Positions 18,260 through 27,864 of a stretch of DNA of 64,000 nt are shown here, piece by piece. The notes below the pieces were generated by a model. The model worked only from the letters and a program-made list of their open reading frames with translations, was not told the DNA's origin and did no database searches. This stretch comes from an uncultured bacterium. Its GTDB lineage: Bacteria > Muiribacteriota > Ozemobacteria > Ozemobacterales > Ozemobacteraceae. The DNA lies in assembly GCA_964428355.1 (NCBI GenBank), contig CAYRYU010000009.1, forward strand, positions 13,043-77,042, in the 5' to 3' direction. The stretch's first letter is position 1. The number at the start of each line of letters is the position of its first letter. Both the position numbers and the translations under genes were made by a program.

Positions 18260-20302
18260 ATGCAACCAGACATCGCAGTTGGAAGAATGCTTTTGTTCGT
18301 CCTCGCGGCGTCCGCGCTCGTTTTTCCGATCCAAACGGCGTGGGGCCAGGGTTTTGACGAAGTGAAGGAGTATATCGACCTCCGGGACGAACTTTCGGCG
18401 GTCAAGGATGCGCTCCAGAAGGGTCTCACAGAGGAACCAGGTTCAACACTTCTCAAGAATCCCGATATCGAAAGCGCCCTTGCAGGAAAGCTTGTTTCCG
18501 TGGAAAACCGGATCAGGAGCCTCAGCCTGGGCAGGAGTCCCCTTTCAACCTACTATCAGGAAAAGTTGCGGAGCCAGCTGAATGATTGCCGGGTTCTTTT
18601 CCCGCATTTCGTAAGAAGGATGGCCCTGGGGTTGCGTCAGGCAGTCGCATCTGCTCCAAATTCCCTGGGAATGCCGGTTCCCCGCGCAATTCCCCAACCA
18701 CCCGTCACTTTCGTCATCCCCAAAGGCCCGGCCATCCCAACGGTTTTCGCCACCCTGGCCAGCACCCCCGCCGCTTCACCGGCCGCTCCGTTGGTCGAAA
18801 CGTCCGTTCCGGTCCAGGCACTTCCACCCGGGGTCCGGCCCCCCGAAAACCCTTACAGGCAGCTTTCCCCGCAGCGGAAAAGGGAGTATTTCCGCCAGCG
18901 GAAGGCTTACTTCCAGCCCATAGGAGGGCGGATTTCCCCTCACACCCGGATCATCCCGATCCCAAAGCCTCCCCTTGTCGTCGCCTCCAACACCCCTCCG
19001 AAACCCGCGACACCTCCGGGGGCGCACATCCCCCTTTCCGCCGGGCTTGGTGTTCCAAGAACTCCGAAGGCCGTTCCTCCGGTTCAGGTGGCTTCGGCCC
19101 CGCTAAGGGCAGTCGGCCCAATCCCCCCCCGTCCGCCCGCTCCGGGAACCGCAGGCCTGTCCGGCCCGGGAACGCCCCCGGCGATCGTCCCCGTCACTGC
19201 TGCGTCGATGACAACCACCGCTGTGAAACCGCCCCCAAAAGCCTCGTTTTCCTTCCCAACCCTCCCTCCGCCTCTCGAAAGGGCAGCGGCCACCATCACT
19301 CCACTTCAACCGTGGAACGGCAAGGATCCCCAGATCAGAGAGACCCCGGGGATGCGCCCCCTTGCCATCATGATCGAGAACCACAACCAAGCCCGCCCGC
19401 AGACAGGCCTGGAGGAAGCCGAGGCCGTTTTCGAAATCCCCGTTGAGGGTGGAATAACGAGGTTCATGGCCCTTTTCTACCATGTTCTCGACAAGGTCGG
19501 CCCCGTCCGAAGCTGCCGGGAATACTTCGTCGACCGCGCGCTGGAGGTAAACCCCCTTTATGTCCATTGCGGAGGAAGCCCCAGCGGATACAAATATCTT
19601 GGCGAATCGAAGGTTTTCGCCATCGACGAGATCAGCAACGGGAAGCCCTTCTTTCGGGACATGACCAGGAAAGCCCCACACAACCTCTATACCCGTGCCC
19701 AATCGTTGATCGATGTAATGAATCTGAAGTTTCCGATGCAGCTCCCTTATCAGAAGCTTCCCGTCCTCTATGGGGAAAGCCCCACGGTCTCACAGACCCC
19801 ATGCAATGGGGTCGCGATCAGGTATCATGGCAACTACACGACAGCCTATGTCTTCAACCCGCGACGGAACCAGTACGATCGATACATGAACGGACAACAC
19901 CATATCGACCGCGTAACATCACGTCCCGTTTCGGTTGGAACCGTCGTCGTCCAGGAAGCCCTGATGAAAGTCGTCGATGACAAGGGCCGCCAGGACATCG
20001 ATTTCATCGGAAACGGCCGGGCATGGATTCTCGCCCGCGGAACCGTTTTCCCCTGCACCTGGCGAAAGACCGCGCCCCGCGAGTTCACGCGGTTCTTCGA
20101 TCTGCAGGGCCGCCAGGTCGTCTTCTCGAACAAAGGATCGGTTTGGTTCCAGGTGGTTTCCCCCCAGGAACCGGTCGTCTTTTCCCCCCCCCTTCCCGTC
20201 CTACCGACAGCAATAGCGGTTTCTGCGCCCCAACCCGACAGACCCGCCTTGCAGGCCCAAACCCAGCCGACGGCAGCCTCCCAGCCTTCGGCAATACGCT
20301 AG
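18260..20302 (+). CDS. Secreted DUF3048 (YerB-like) protein with a long proline-rich linker
   Basis: Signal peptide, a ~250-aa Pro-rich low-complexity region, and a C-terminal DUF3048-like region (…PLAIMIENHNQARPQTGLEEAEAVFEIPVEGGITRFMALF…). Confidence 0.6.
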   Translation: MQPDIAVGRMLLFVLAASALVFPIQTAWGQGFDEVKEYIDLRDELSAVKDALQKGLTEEPGSTLLKNPDIESALAGKLVSVENRIRSLSLGRSPLSTYYQEKLRSQLNDCRVLFPHFVRRMALGLRQAVASAPNSLGMPVPRAIPQPPVTFVIPKGPAIPTVFATLASTPAASPAAPLVETSVPVQALPPGVRPPENPYRQLSPQRKREYFRQRKAYFQPIGGRISPHTRIIPIPKPPLVVASNTPPKPATPPGAHIPLSAGLGVPRTPKAVPPVQVASAPLRAVGPIPPRPPAPGTAGLSGPGTPPAIVPVTAASMTTTAVKPPPKASFSFPTLPPPLERAAATITPLQPWNGKDPQIRETPGMRPLAIMIENHNQARPQTGLEEAEAVFEIPVEGGITRFMALFYHVLDKVGPVRSCREYFVDRALEVNPLYVHCGGSPSGYKYLGESKVFAIDEISNGKPFFRDMTRKAPHNLYTRAQSLIDVMNLKFPMQLPYQKLPVLYGESPTVSQTPCNGVAIRYHGNYTTAYVFNPRRNQYDRYMNGQHHIDRVTSRPVSVGTVVVQEALMKVVDDKGRQDIDFIGNGRAWILARGTVFPCTWRKTAPREFTRFFDLQGRQVVFSNKGSVWFQVVSPQEPVVFSPPLPVLPTAIAVSAPQPDRPALQAQTQPTAASQPSAIR

Positions 20303-20316
20303 AAGGGAGTTTGGCG

Positions 20317-21267
20317 ATGTCGGTTTCCGACCAGAAACGTGGACCCCGGGAAAAAGGGAGTTCCAAAACATCCTCAGAACCCAGGTTTGGCGCGATCGGC
20401 GTCTTCGGCCTGCCGAACTGCGGAAAGAGTTCGCTGGTCAACGCCCTGGTCGGGGAGGCAGTTTCGATCGTTTCCCCGCGACCCCAGACCACCCGCCGGA
20501 GGGTCATGGGAATTCTGACCGTCGGAACCGACCAGATGGCCTTTTGCGACACCCCCGGGCTCCACCGCCCACGCAACAAGCTGGACGAGTTCATGGCCGC
20601 CGAGGTGGACTCAACGCTGGAAGGCCTTCACGCCGGCCTCTACCTCGTCGACCTGGGTTCCCCGCGCCCCGACGAGGACTCCTCTTTCCTGAAGGCAATC
20701 TCGGGGCGGTTGGACGGACCCCTTTTCCTTGTCTTCAACAAGCGCGACCTGGTCAAGGACGCCCAGCTCGGCCAGATTGCACAAAGCTACGAGGGTTTGG
20801 CTTCGTTCGCGGGGGAGTTCCAGGTCTCCGCACTGAAAGGAACGGGGCTGAAGGAACTCCTTCGCCGGCTCCGGGAGGTGATCCCCCCCGGGCCCCACGG
20901 CTTCTCCGAAGACGATTACACTTCCCTGACCGAGCGAGAGATCGCCGAAGAGGTCATCCGGGAGGAGATGCTCAAGCTCTACAGGCATGAAATCCCCCAT
21001 TCGACGGCTGTCGTGATCGAGGAGTTCAAGGAACGGGAAAACGGGAAGACCTACATCGAAGCGAATCTTTTCCTCGAAAAGGAAAGCCAGAAGAGGATCG
21101 TCATCGGACGTGACGGAACCGCTCTCAAGACCATCGGCACCAATGCACGGGAAAGGTTGAATCACATTCTCGGACGGGATATCTTCCTCCAACTCTGGGT
21201 AAAGGTCCGTGCCGGATGGCGGAAAAGCGCGGAGTGGGTCAGGAGGCTGGGATACAAGCCGACGTGA
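20317..21267 (+). CDS. era: GTPase Era
   Basis: G1 GLPNCGKSSL, G3 DTPG, NKRD and a C-terminal KH domain. Start reassigned to ATG 20317 (GAAGGGA Shine-Dalgarno) from the track's 20023. Confidence 0.9.
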   Translation: MSVSDQKRGPREKGSSKTSSEPRFGAIGVFGLPNCGKSSLVNALVGEAVSIVSPRPQTTRRRVMGILTVGTDQMAFCDTPGLHRPRNKLDEFMAAEVDSTLEGLHAGLYLVDLGSPRPDEDSSFLKAISGRLDGPLFLVFNKRDLVKDAQLGQIAQSYEGLASFAGEFQVSALKGTGLKELLRRLREVIPPGPHGFSEDDYTSLTEREIAEEVIREEMLKLYRHEIPHSTAVVIEEFKERENGKTYIEANLFLEKESQKRIVIGRDGTALKTIGTNARERLNHILGRDIFLQLWVKVRAGWRKSAEWVRRLGYKPT

Positions 21268-21462
21268 TTACCGAACCCGCCACGCCACATGGAGGGAAGA
21301 ATCTGATTGGGGGTCATCATCGCCCAGGAAATCACTCCCATGTTCTTCTCCGATAAGAAGATTTTGTGTGGTCAGGTTGGGATAAAAATGGTATTTTCAC
21401 GATTTGAGGAAAAAACAGGGAGAGATCGAAGGCTTCTCCCGAAGACAGGATAGAAGGGGAAA

Positions 21463-23085
21463 ATGAACTCCATTCTGATGATCATCGTCGCAGTCATAGT
21501 CATTCTTCTGGTATTCATCATGTTCTCCCTGGACGACCAGGAAGAGGTCCCCGCGGAAGACCCCTCCTCCCCCGAACCCGCCGGGGAATCATCGGAACTC
21601 CATTCCCAGGCCCCTTCGAGCGGGGACGGCCCTCCGCCGCCCGCCACCGCCCCTCCTACGCCGGCCGCCATCACCCGGACCCCACCCCCCGTGGCCCTTG
21701 ACACACCTTTGACCACGGAAACCGGCTCGAAAAAGGATCTGAAGTTCCGGACCCTGATCAATGACCAGCTCCCCGCTCCAACCGCCTGCTCCAGAAGAAA
21801 TTCGGTGGTGGTGGTTCCCCAGATCCGTTATCCCGAGGAACTACATTCCGACGGGGCGCTTCTGGTAAAGGTCCTCGCGGAGGCGGAACAGATACTCTCT
21901 CCCGAGAAGGCGGCATTTCCGTTCAGCTCCTTCGCCTCCAACCAGGGAGACCGGTTGTGGCTCTTCGGATTCGACGAGGACCGCGATGATGCGGTTTTCG
22001 AGGCTATCGTGACCGCGGTGGACGCTGTAAAGCGTTTCAAGAAGGCCTTGGAAGGGAATCAGACTCTCCTGGGCGCAAAAGTCCGCCTCTCCATAGGTAT
22101 CTCGACCGGAGAGATTAACCGGATCAGCCGTGGGCCTCTCGGGCCGGTTTCCCATTCCGGGAAAGCCATTTATCTTGCAGAAACCCTTGCCGAAGCCTCG
22201 GGGGATTTCAAGATCTACGTCGACCAGGAGATCCATCGGCAGAGTCTTCCTCTCTTCGATTTTCGCGAGTGGAAACCCACGAAGCTGCGGGAGCCCCTTC
22301 CCCCGGTCCCGATCTACGAACTGGTCGGGTGGAACAAGAAAGAGGAGATCTTCGCTTTCACCAGCCATCAGGAGGTTTACGCACGACGGGCGGTGGCCGT
22401 GGCCTTCCGGTACCTTGACTTCGACGATATCTCCCCACTTCTGAACCTTCTCGCCGACCCGGATGAAAGAGTAACTCTCGAGACGCTAGACACGATAGCC
22501 GAGATCGGCGACGACCGGGTCCTCGGGATTCTCAAGAAAATCCTTCCCGAAGCCAAGAACTCCCATATCCGCAGCGTCATCATTCACGCACTGGGAAGCA
22601 TCGGCCGTGAGGAGATCCTTCCCGTGCTTCTCGCTTCCACGAAGGATGTAAACTGGCAGGTACGTTTCCAGGCTGTCCAGGCTCTGTTCTCGGTGTGCAA
22701 AAAGGACGCTGACAAACACCTCCAGGACCTGGTGCGAGACGAGGACGGAGCGGTTCGGGCCGTGGTCCACAAGATCCTCTATCTCAATCACCCCGACCCG
22801 GAGCATCTGCAGATCCTGGGGGAACTGATGTTCGACCTTTCCCTGCGGGCCAGGAAAGCCGCGATCGAAGCCCTGATCGAAATCGGGGAGGAGCCGGCCC
22901 TTCTCGCCGTCGTAAACGCCTTCCCGGAGCAGGAAAACGACCTGAAACGGCTCATTCTCAGATTGCTGATGAATTCGAGATCCAAGAACCTCTACCGGAT
23001 CTTCCTTGACCTGTTTGAAAAATCCGATGAGCGTTCCAGAGGAGATATCGTGGCCGCGGTAAGACGGGCCAACTTGATGGGGTGA
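21463..23085 (+). CDS. Membrane-anchored protein with a Pro-rich linker, a degenerate class-III nucleotidyl-cyclase-like segment and C-terminal HEAT/PBS-lyase-type repeats
   Basis: N-terminal transmembrane helix. The central segment …AKVRLSIGISTGEINRISRGPLG… resembles the cyclase homology domain. The C-terminus has repeated …HALGSIGREEILPVL… HEAT-like units. Confidence 0.55.
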   Translation: MNSILMIIVAVIVILLVFIMFSLDDQEEVPAEDPSSPEPAGESSELHSQAPSSGDGPPPPATAPPTPAAITRTPPPVALDTPLTTETGSKKDLKFRTLINDQLPAPTACSRRNSVVVVPQIRYPEELHSDGALLVKVLAEAEQILSPEKAAFPFSSFASNQGDRLWLFGFDEDRDDAVFEAIVTAVDAVKRFKKALEGNQTLLGAKVRLSIGISTGEINRISRGPLGPVSHSGKAIYLAETLAEASGDFKIYVDQEIHRQSLPLFDFREWKPTKLREPLPPVPIYELVGWNKKEEIFAFTSHQEVYARRAVAVAFRYLDFDDISPLLNLLADPDERVTLETLDTIAEIGDDRVLGILKKILPEAKNSHIRSVIIHALGSIGREEILPVLLASTKDVNWQVRFQAVQALFSVCKKDADKHLQDLVRDEDGAVRAVVHKILYLNHPDPEHLQILGELMFDLSLRARKAAIEALIEIGEEPALLAVVNAFPEQENDLKRLILRLLMNSRSKNLYRIFLDLFEKSDERSRGDIVAAVRRANLMG

Positions 23086-23089
23086 GAAG

Positions 23090-24475
23090 ATGACGATCGA
23101 TATTCTTGTCGTCGATGATGAGGACATGATCCGGTGGACTCTCAAGGAATCTCTCGAGAGCGAGGGGTACCGCGTCTTCGATTTTCCGAGGGGTCAGGCA
23201 TTCCAGAAGTTTTTTGCCGAAAAGGGCGGAGACATAGTGCTTCTGGATGTTCGACTCCCCGATATCAACGGGCTTGATCTCCTTCTGGAGATTCATCGCA
23301 TCGATCCGAACATACCCGTTGTCGTGATGACCGCCTTCGGCGACGTTGAAACGGCGGTCACGGCGATGAAACGGGGAGCATACGATTACCTCCCGAAGCC
23401 TTACAATCTGGCCGAGGTCAACCTGTTGATCAGGAAAATCGTTGAGAATTCGCTTCTCAAGAGCCAGTTGAGCCGATACGTCGAACGGGAGGAGAGCATT
23501 TTCTCCCAGATTTTGGGCGAAAACGTCAAGATGAAGGTGATCAGGGAACATATCGCCATGGCCGCACAGAGCGACCGGACAACGGTCCTCATCCGGGGCG
23601 AGTCGGGAACCGGGAAGGAACTGGTCGCCCGCCAGATCCACCTTCAGAGTTCCCGGGCGGCAATGCCCTTCATCGACGTGAACGCGGCGGCCGTGACCGG
23701 GACGCTTCTCGAATCAGAGCTGTTCGGCCACGAAAAGGGGGCCTTCACAGACGCCCAAAGGCAAAAGAAGGGAGTCTTCGAGCTTGCCGACCGGGGTACT
23801 CTTTTCCTTGATGAAATCGGCGACCTGGATCCCAACCTCCAGGCAAAGCTTCTCCGGGTTCTTCAGGAACGACGCTTCCGGCGGGTCGGAGGGTCGGTCG
23901 ATATCAACGTCGACGTCCGGATCATCGCCGCTACCAATGCAAACCTGGAAAAAGCCCTCGAGGCCGGTTCCCTCCGGCGAGATCTTTTCTACCGCCTGAA
24001 CGTGTTCACCATTTTCCTCCCCCCGCTCCTGGAACGGAAAGATGACATCATGCTCCTGGCAAAATACTTCCTGGACCAGTTCCGAAAGGAGTTTTCCAAG
24101 AACATCGGGGGTTTCGCCCCCGAAACCGTGGAGATCCTCAGCAATTATTCCTTCCCCGGCAATGTACGGGAATTGAAGAACCTCATCGAACGCGCCACGC
24201 TCCTCGAAACTACGCCCAAAATCCGCCCTTCAAGCCTTCCTGAAGAAATGCGCACCCAGAAGACCATGCAGATCACTTCCGGCGAACTCACGGAGCGACC
24301 CTGGGAGATCCCCGGTTTCAACCTGAAGAATTACATAGATGGCATGGAAAAACGCGTCGTGACAGAGGTTCTTTCTCGATCCGGAGGGAAGAAGAGCAAA
24401 GCGGCAAAAACCCTCGGCCTCACACGTTTTGCCCTCCGCCACCAATTGAAGAAGCATGGTATAGAGGACACTTGA
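23090..24475 (+). CDS. Sigma-54-dependent response regulator (NtrC family: REC, AAA+ sigma-54 activator and Fis-type HTH domains)
   Basis: REC domain (DDEDMIR…D…VRLPDINGL…K), ESGTGKE Walker A, GAFTGA-like GAFTDA motif, and a C-terminal HTH. No adjacent histidine kinase. Confidence 0.9.
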   Translation: MTIDILVVDDEDMIRWTLKESLESEGYRVFDFPRGQAFQKFFAEKGGDIVLLDVRLPDINGLDLLLEIHRIDPNIPVVVMTAFGDVETAVTAMKRGAYDYLPKPYNLAEVNLLIRKIVENSLLKSQLSRYVEREESIFSQILGENVKMKVIREHIAMAAQSDRTTVLIRGESGTGKELVARQIHLQSSRAAMPFIDVNAAAVTGTLLESELFGHEKGAFTDAQRQKKGVFELADRGTLFLDEIGDLDPNLQAKLLRVLQERRFRRVGGSVDINVDVRIIAATNANLEKALEAGSLRRDLFYRLNVFTIFLPPLLERKDDIMLLAKYFLDQFRKEFSKNIGGFAPETVEILSNYSFPGNVRELKNLIERATLLETTPKIRPSSLPEEMRTQKTMQITSGELTERPWEIPGFNLKNYIDGMEKRVVTEVLSRSGGKKSKAAKTLGLTRFALRHQLKKHGIEDT

Positions 24476-24631
24476 TGTGTAGACACCCGCATCGTTCCTG
24501 TTTTCACGAAGGTGGTTTTTTTTCACGCATTTTTCCCCTGTTTTTGTGTTTTTTTGGCACTTTTTCGGCTCGTGTGTGAATTTTCAGCACGCTTTTACCA
24601 GAACAGTCGTGTGTACAGGCCGATTTCGTAT

Positions 24632-24647
24632 TGGCACGCAAAATGCA
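24632..24647 (+). promoter_or_regulatory. Sigma-54 (RpoN) promoter: TGGCACG-N4-aTGCA
   Basis: tggcacgcaaaatgca: GG at 24633–34 and GC at 24645–46 with the canonical spacing. Lies 48 nt upstream of the ptsN ATG, which has an AGGAGAAGG Shine-Dalgarno. A weaker TGGCAC…GGC sits at 24556–24571. Confidence 0.7.
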
Positions 24648-24694
24648 TAATCTTCAGGGAACACTGAATTAGAAGCGCGGCAGGAGAAGGACAT

Positions 24695-25144
24695 ATGATT
24701 TCGGAGCTGCTCCAGGAAAACTTCATCGAACTGAATTTGTCTGCCACCAACAAGAGTGAGGCGATCGATCACCTTTCCGATATGCTCTCCACCTCCGGAA
24801 AGGTCAACGACAGGGGCCACTTCGTAAAAGCGGTCCTCGAGCGCGAAAAGCTCGGAAGTACGGCCATTGGGGCAGGCATCGCAATTCCCCATGCGCGCGC
24901 CAATACGGTGAACGAGGTTTCCATCGCCTTTGCCCGCTCCGGATCGGGGATCGATTTCAACTCGGTGGACGGAGATCCCGTTCATCTCATCTTCCTGCTG
25001 GCGGCCCCCATCGAGTCCGGGAGTCTTTATCTGAAGCTCCTCGCCCGGATCTCGAGACTCCTCCGCTACCAGGATCTCATTGACGACCTCAAGAAAGCGA
25101 CGAGCAAGGAAGAGGTTATCCGAATCATCGCCTCCAAGGAATGA
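24695..25144 (+). CDS. ptsN: PTS EIIA-Ntr (nitrogen-regulatory IIA, PtsN-like)
   Basis: 149 aa PTS_EIIA_2 fold with the active-site His region (GIAIPHAR). Confidence 0.85.
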   Translation: MISELLQENFIELNLSATNKSEAIDHLSDMLSTSGKVNDRGHFVKAVLEREKLGSTAIGAGIAIPHARANTVNEVSIAFARSGSGIDFNSVDGDPVHLIFLLAAPIESGSLYLKLLARISRLLRYQDLIDDLKKATSKEEVIRIIASKE

Positions 25145-25166
25145 CCTCCTCCTCCCGGTGGTCAGC

Positions 25167-25643
25167 ATGACGACGATGCCAGTTGAGAAATCCGAGCAAT
25201 CCTCCGTCCATTTCTCCTCCGAGGGGTTGACGGTCCACATGCGGATCCCCTCCGATTGGGTCTACCTGAACAACGCCATCCTGACCCTTCGCGAAATCTG
25301 CGACCATCTTGATCTTCCCTCCCGCCAATCCAACCGGATCGTCCTCGTCCTCGAGGAGGTCGTCATGAACGCCATGGAGCATGCCTATTCCGGCAGCTCC
25401 GGGCTGATCGACCTCCAATTCTCCGTTTCCGGAAACGAATTCATCCTGGTCGTGGAAGACTTCGGCCAGGGCATCCCCGATGGCCTCCCCATCGATCTCC
25501 TTAACGAAGAGGAAATCCTCTGTGATCGAGGTCGGGGCCTGATGATCGCCAAGGGAATCGCCGACCGGGCGCTGGTCCAGAAAACCTCCGGGGGTGGCAC
25601 CCGCGCGACGCTTCTGTTCCAACTCAACGTCCTGGAGACATGA
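25167..25643 (+). CDS. Anti-sigma regulatory factor-type Ser/Thr kinase (HATPase_c; RsbW/SpoIIAB-like)
   Basis: N-box EEVVMNAMEHA and G-box VEDFGQGIP…DRGRGL. Start taken at ATG 25167. The track ORF starts at 25080 and overlaps ptsN. Confidence 0.7.
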   Translation: MTTMPVEKSEQSSVHFSSEGLTVHMRIPSDWVYLNNAILTLREICDHLDLPSRQSNRIVLVLEEVVMNAMEHAYSGSSGLIDLQFSVSGNEFILVVEDFGQGIPDGLPIDLLNEEEILCDRGRGLMIAKGIADRALVQKTSGGGTRATLLFQLNVLET

Positions 25644-26113
25644 TGCCGAACGAGGAACTCAGAGAGAGAACCCTGCTTATCATCAAACCCGATGGGGTCC
25701 AGAGAGGGGCAATCGGAAAGATCGTTTCCCGGTTCGAGGAAAAGGGTTTCAAGATCGTGGGGCTGAAAATGCTTCGCATCTCCAACGCCCAGGCCGAGAA
25801 GCAATATGCCTGTCACAAGGGAAAAGTCTTCTACGATTCCCTTGTCAAGTTCATGACGAGCGGTCCGTGTGTGGCCATGGTCCTCGAAGGCCGGCATTCC
25901 ATCCAAATCTGCCGGAAGATGATGGGGGCGACCGACCCCGACAAATCCGAGCCCGGTACCATCCGGGGGGACATGGCTCTCGACATCAAATACAACATGG
26001 TCCACGGCTCCGACTCCGAGGAAAGTTTCAAGCACGAGATGCCCATCTACTTCCGCCCCGAAGAGCTGATGGAATACGAGTTTTCCAACAAGGAATGGCT
26101 TTACTTTTTCTGA
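25640..26113 (+). CDS. ndk: Nucleoside diphosphate kinase
   Basis: 157 aa. …ERTLLIIKPDGVQRGAIGKIVSRFE…NMVHGSDS… with the active-site His. Confidence 0.95.
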   Translation: MMPNEELRERTLLIIKPDGVQRGAIGKIVSRFEEKGFKIVGLKMLRISNAQAEKQYACHKGKVFYDSLVKFMTSGPCVAMVLEGRHSIQICRKMMGATDPDKSEPGTIRGDMALDIKYNMVHGSDSEESFKHEMPIYFRPEELMEYEFSNKEWLYFF

Positions 26114-26226
26114 CCCCCCGGATTAGACTACTCTCCGACGACCGACGGGCTTCCCGTTGCAAACCAGATCAGCCACAGGAATTTCCACCCTATTGATCCG
26201 CGCCCGGCGGGTTCGGTCCACCGGAG

Positions 26227-27864
26227 ATGAAAATAAAGAAAGCGTTCCTGATTCTCCTTGCAGTGGGAACCCTTGTTGTTGGTGTATTGGCGGGCTTCCT
26301 ATTGGGAACCACCTCCGGTCTGACCACGATCATCTCCTTCACCGACGGTTTTCTCGGTAATCCCCCCGGGTTCAACCTTTCCCTGGGCGAGTTCTCAGGC
26401 TCGGTCTGGAATGGAATCAGGATCGCGACCCTCTCTGGGACGCTCCCCGGAGAAAGGCTCCAGTTCGCTGCGGAGGGCTTGGAGGTTTCCCCCGGCCTGA
26501 CATCGATCTTTGGGGGAAGGTTGCGTATCGTAAGCCTCTCGTGCAAATCGTTCATGATCGAGGGCGTTCCGCGCCCGGGTTGGTTGGAGGGAATCCCGGA
26601 TATTCCCCCATATGGGTGTTTTGTCGGGGCACCCCCAGTGGTGGAACTGGGCGAAGCCCATCTGGATGTTTTCCGCTGGTTTCCTGCGGCTTCCGGCCCC
26701 ATCGAACTGCAACTCACCGGACTGGAAATTGGAAATCCCCCTTCGGGTCGGGCTCCACACCCCCTCAGATTTTCCTGCGCGGCCCTTTTCCGGAATCGCC
26801 CCCTTTTCACCGCATCCTTCACGGGGAGGCTTGGAATCCAGAAAGCCGAGGCGGGAGGAAGTTTCACCGCCAGACTTCTCGATCAACCAGTCACCGGGGA
26901 GATCAACGTCGGGCGCAAGAAGTCGGGGTTCTCTGCCAGCGGGGTCACCAACCCTGCCTCTTTCGACCTGACATCGATCTTCCGGTGGCTTTCCCCGCTA
27001 TGGATCAAGGAGTTTCCCTTCGGATTCGACGGGTTCCTCGATTTCGGCGGTTCCTGGGTCTTCGATTCGGACCTTGGCTTCAGCGGGAACCTCGGCGGGG
27101 AGATCCGGAAGACCCGTCTGGTCGCTCAAGGACTTTTCCTGACGATTTTCGAACTCAACTCGAAATGGAAGCTTTTCAACGGAAAGCTCGACTTCGAAGA
27201 TTCGGGAAGCACTTTTGCCGGGTTTCCTGCCAAGCTTGCCGGGTCACTTCGGCTCCAGGATTCCGCCCCCCCCACAGATCTGGTCTTCGAGGTCGCCAGT
27301 CTTCCGATGCGGGAATTCATCCAGAATCTTCCATGGCTCCTCACCAGGAATCTCCAGCTGGCTGCGATTTCCGGAACCGGAAGCCTTTCCGTCCACCTCT
27401 CGGGAACCCCACCGGATCTTCTGGCAACCGTTCGCCTTCCGGAAATCGACATTGTCAATCTGGGAACACCAGCAAAACTGGACGGGACACTGACGTGGCG
27501 GTGGAGCTTCCCCCAGCCGCCCTCGTGCCATGTTTCCTGCTCCTGGGTTGCGACCGCGGCAGTTCCCCTTGTTTATTCCGCAGTCCAGGACGGTCGAAGC
27601 CCGTTGATTACCACCCTTCTCCCTCCAGTGAGGTTCCAGGGCGTGTTCACCGGGCCGTCGCTGATGGAGGGGGCATTCCAGGGAAGCATCGTTTCCGCCG
27701 GGGCCAACTACTCGTTTTCCAGCCCCATGTTCAACGGAAAATGGACCGGATTCGAAGTGACTCAGGCTGACGGGGAAGGCCGGCCGATCCCGCAGGGGAC
27801 CCGCTTTCAGGCAGGATCGGATGCCCCCCCGCTCGGGTTCCTGCTTCTCCTCCTGGGCAAGTAG
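26227..27864 (+). CDS. Membrane-anchored hypothetical protein (AsmA-like/DUF748-like) with a hydrophobic C-terminal tail
   Basis: 545 aa with an N-terminal transmembrane anchor, a Gly/Ser/Phe-rich body and a …PPLGFLLLLLGK C-terminus. Family assignment is tentative. Confidence 0.5.
   Translation: MKIKKAFLILLAVGTLVVGVLAGFLLGTTSGLTTIISFTDGFLGNPPGFNLSLGEFSGSVWNGIRIATLSGTLPGERLQFAAEGLEVSPGLTSIFGGRLRIVSLSCKSFMIEGVPRPGWLEGIPDIPPYGCFVGAPPVVELGEAHLDVFRWFPAASGPIELQLTGLEIGNPPSGRAPHPLRFSCAALFRNRPLFTASFTGRLGIQKAEAGGSFTARLLDQPVTGEINVGRKKSGFSASGVTNPASFDLTSIFRWLSPLWIKEFPFGFDGFLDFGGSWVFDSDLGFSGNLGGEIRKTRLVAQGLFLTIFELNSKWKLFNGKLDFEDSGSTFAGFPAKLAGSLRLQDSAPPTDLVFEVASLPMREFIQNLPWLLTRNLQLAAISGTGSLSVHLSGTPPDLLATVRLPEIDIVNLGTPAKLDGTLTWRWSFPQPPSCHVSCSWVATAAVPLVYSAVQDGRSPLITTLLPPVRFQGVFTGPSLMEGAFQGSIVSAGANYSFSSPMFNGKWTGFEVTQADGEGRPIPQGTRFQAGSDAPPLGFLLLLLGK

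Noticed and set aside
24556-24571. Second sigma-54-like element, TGGCACtttttcGGC
   Set aside because: It has the GG/GC spacing but lacks the TTGC -12 core. It is recorded only as a weak secondary site, with the consensus element at 24632–24647 preferred.
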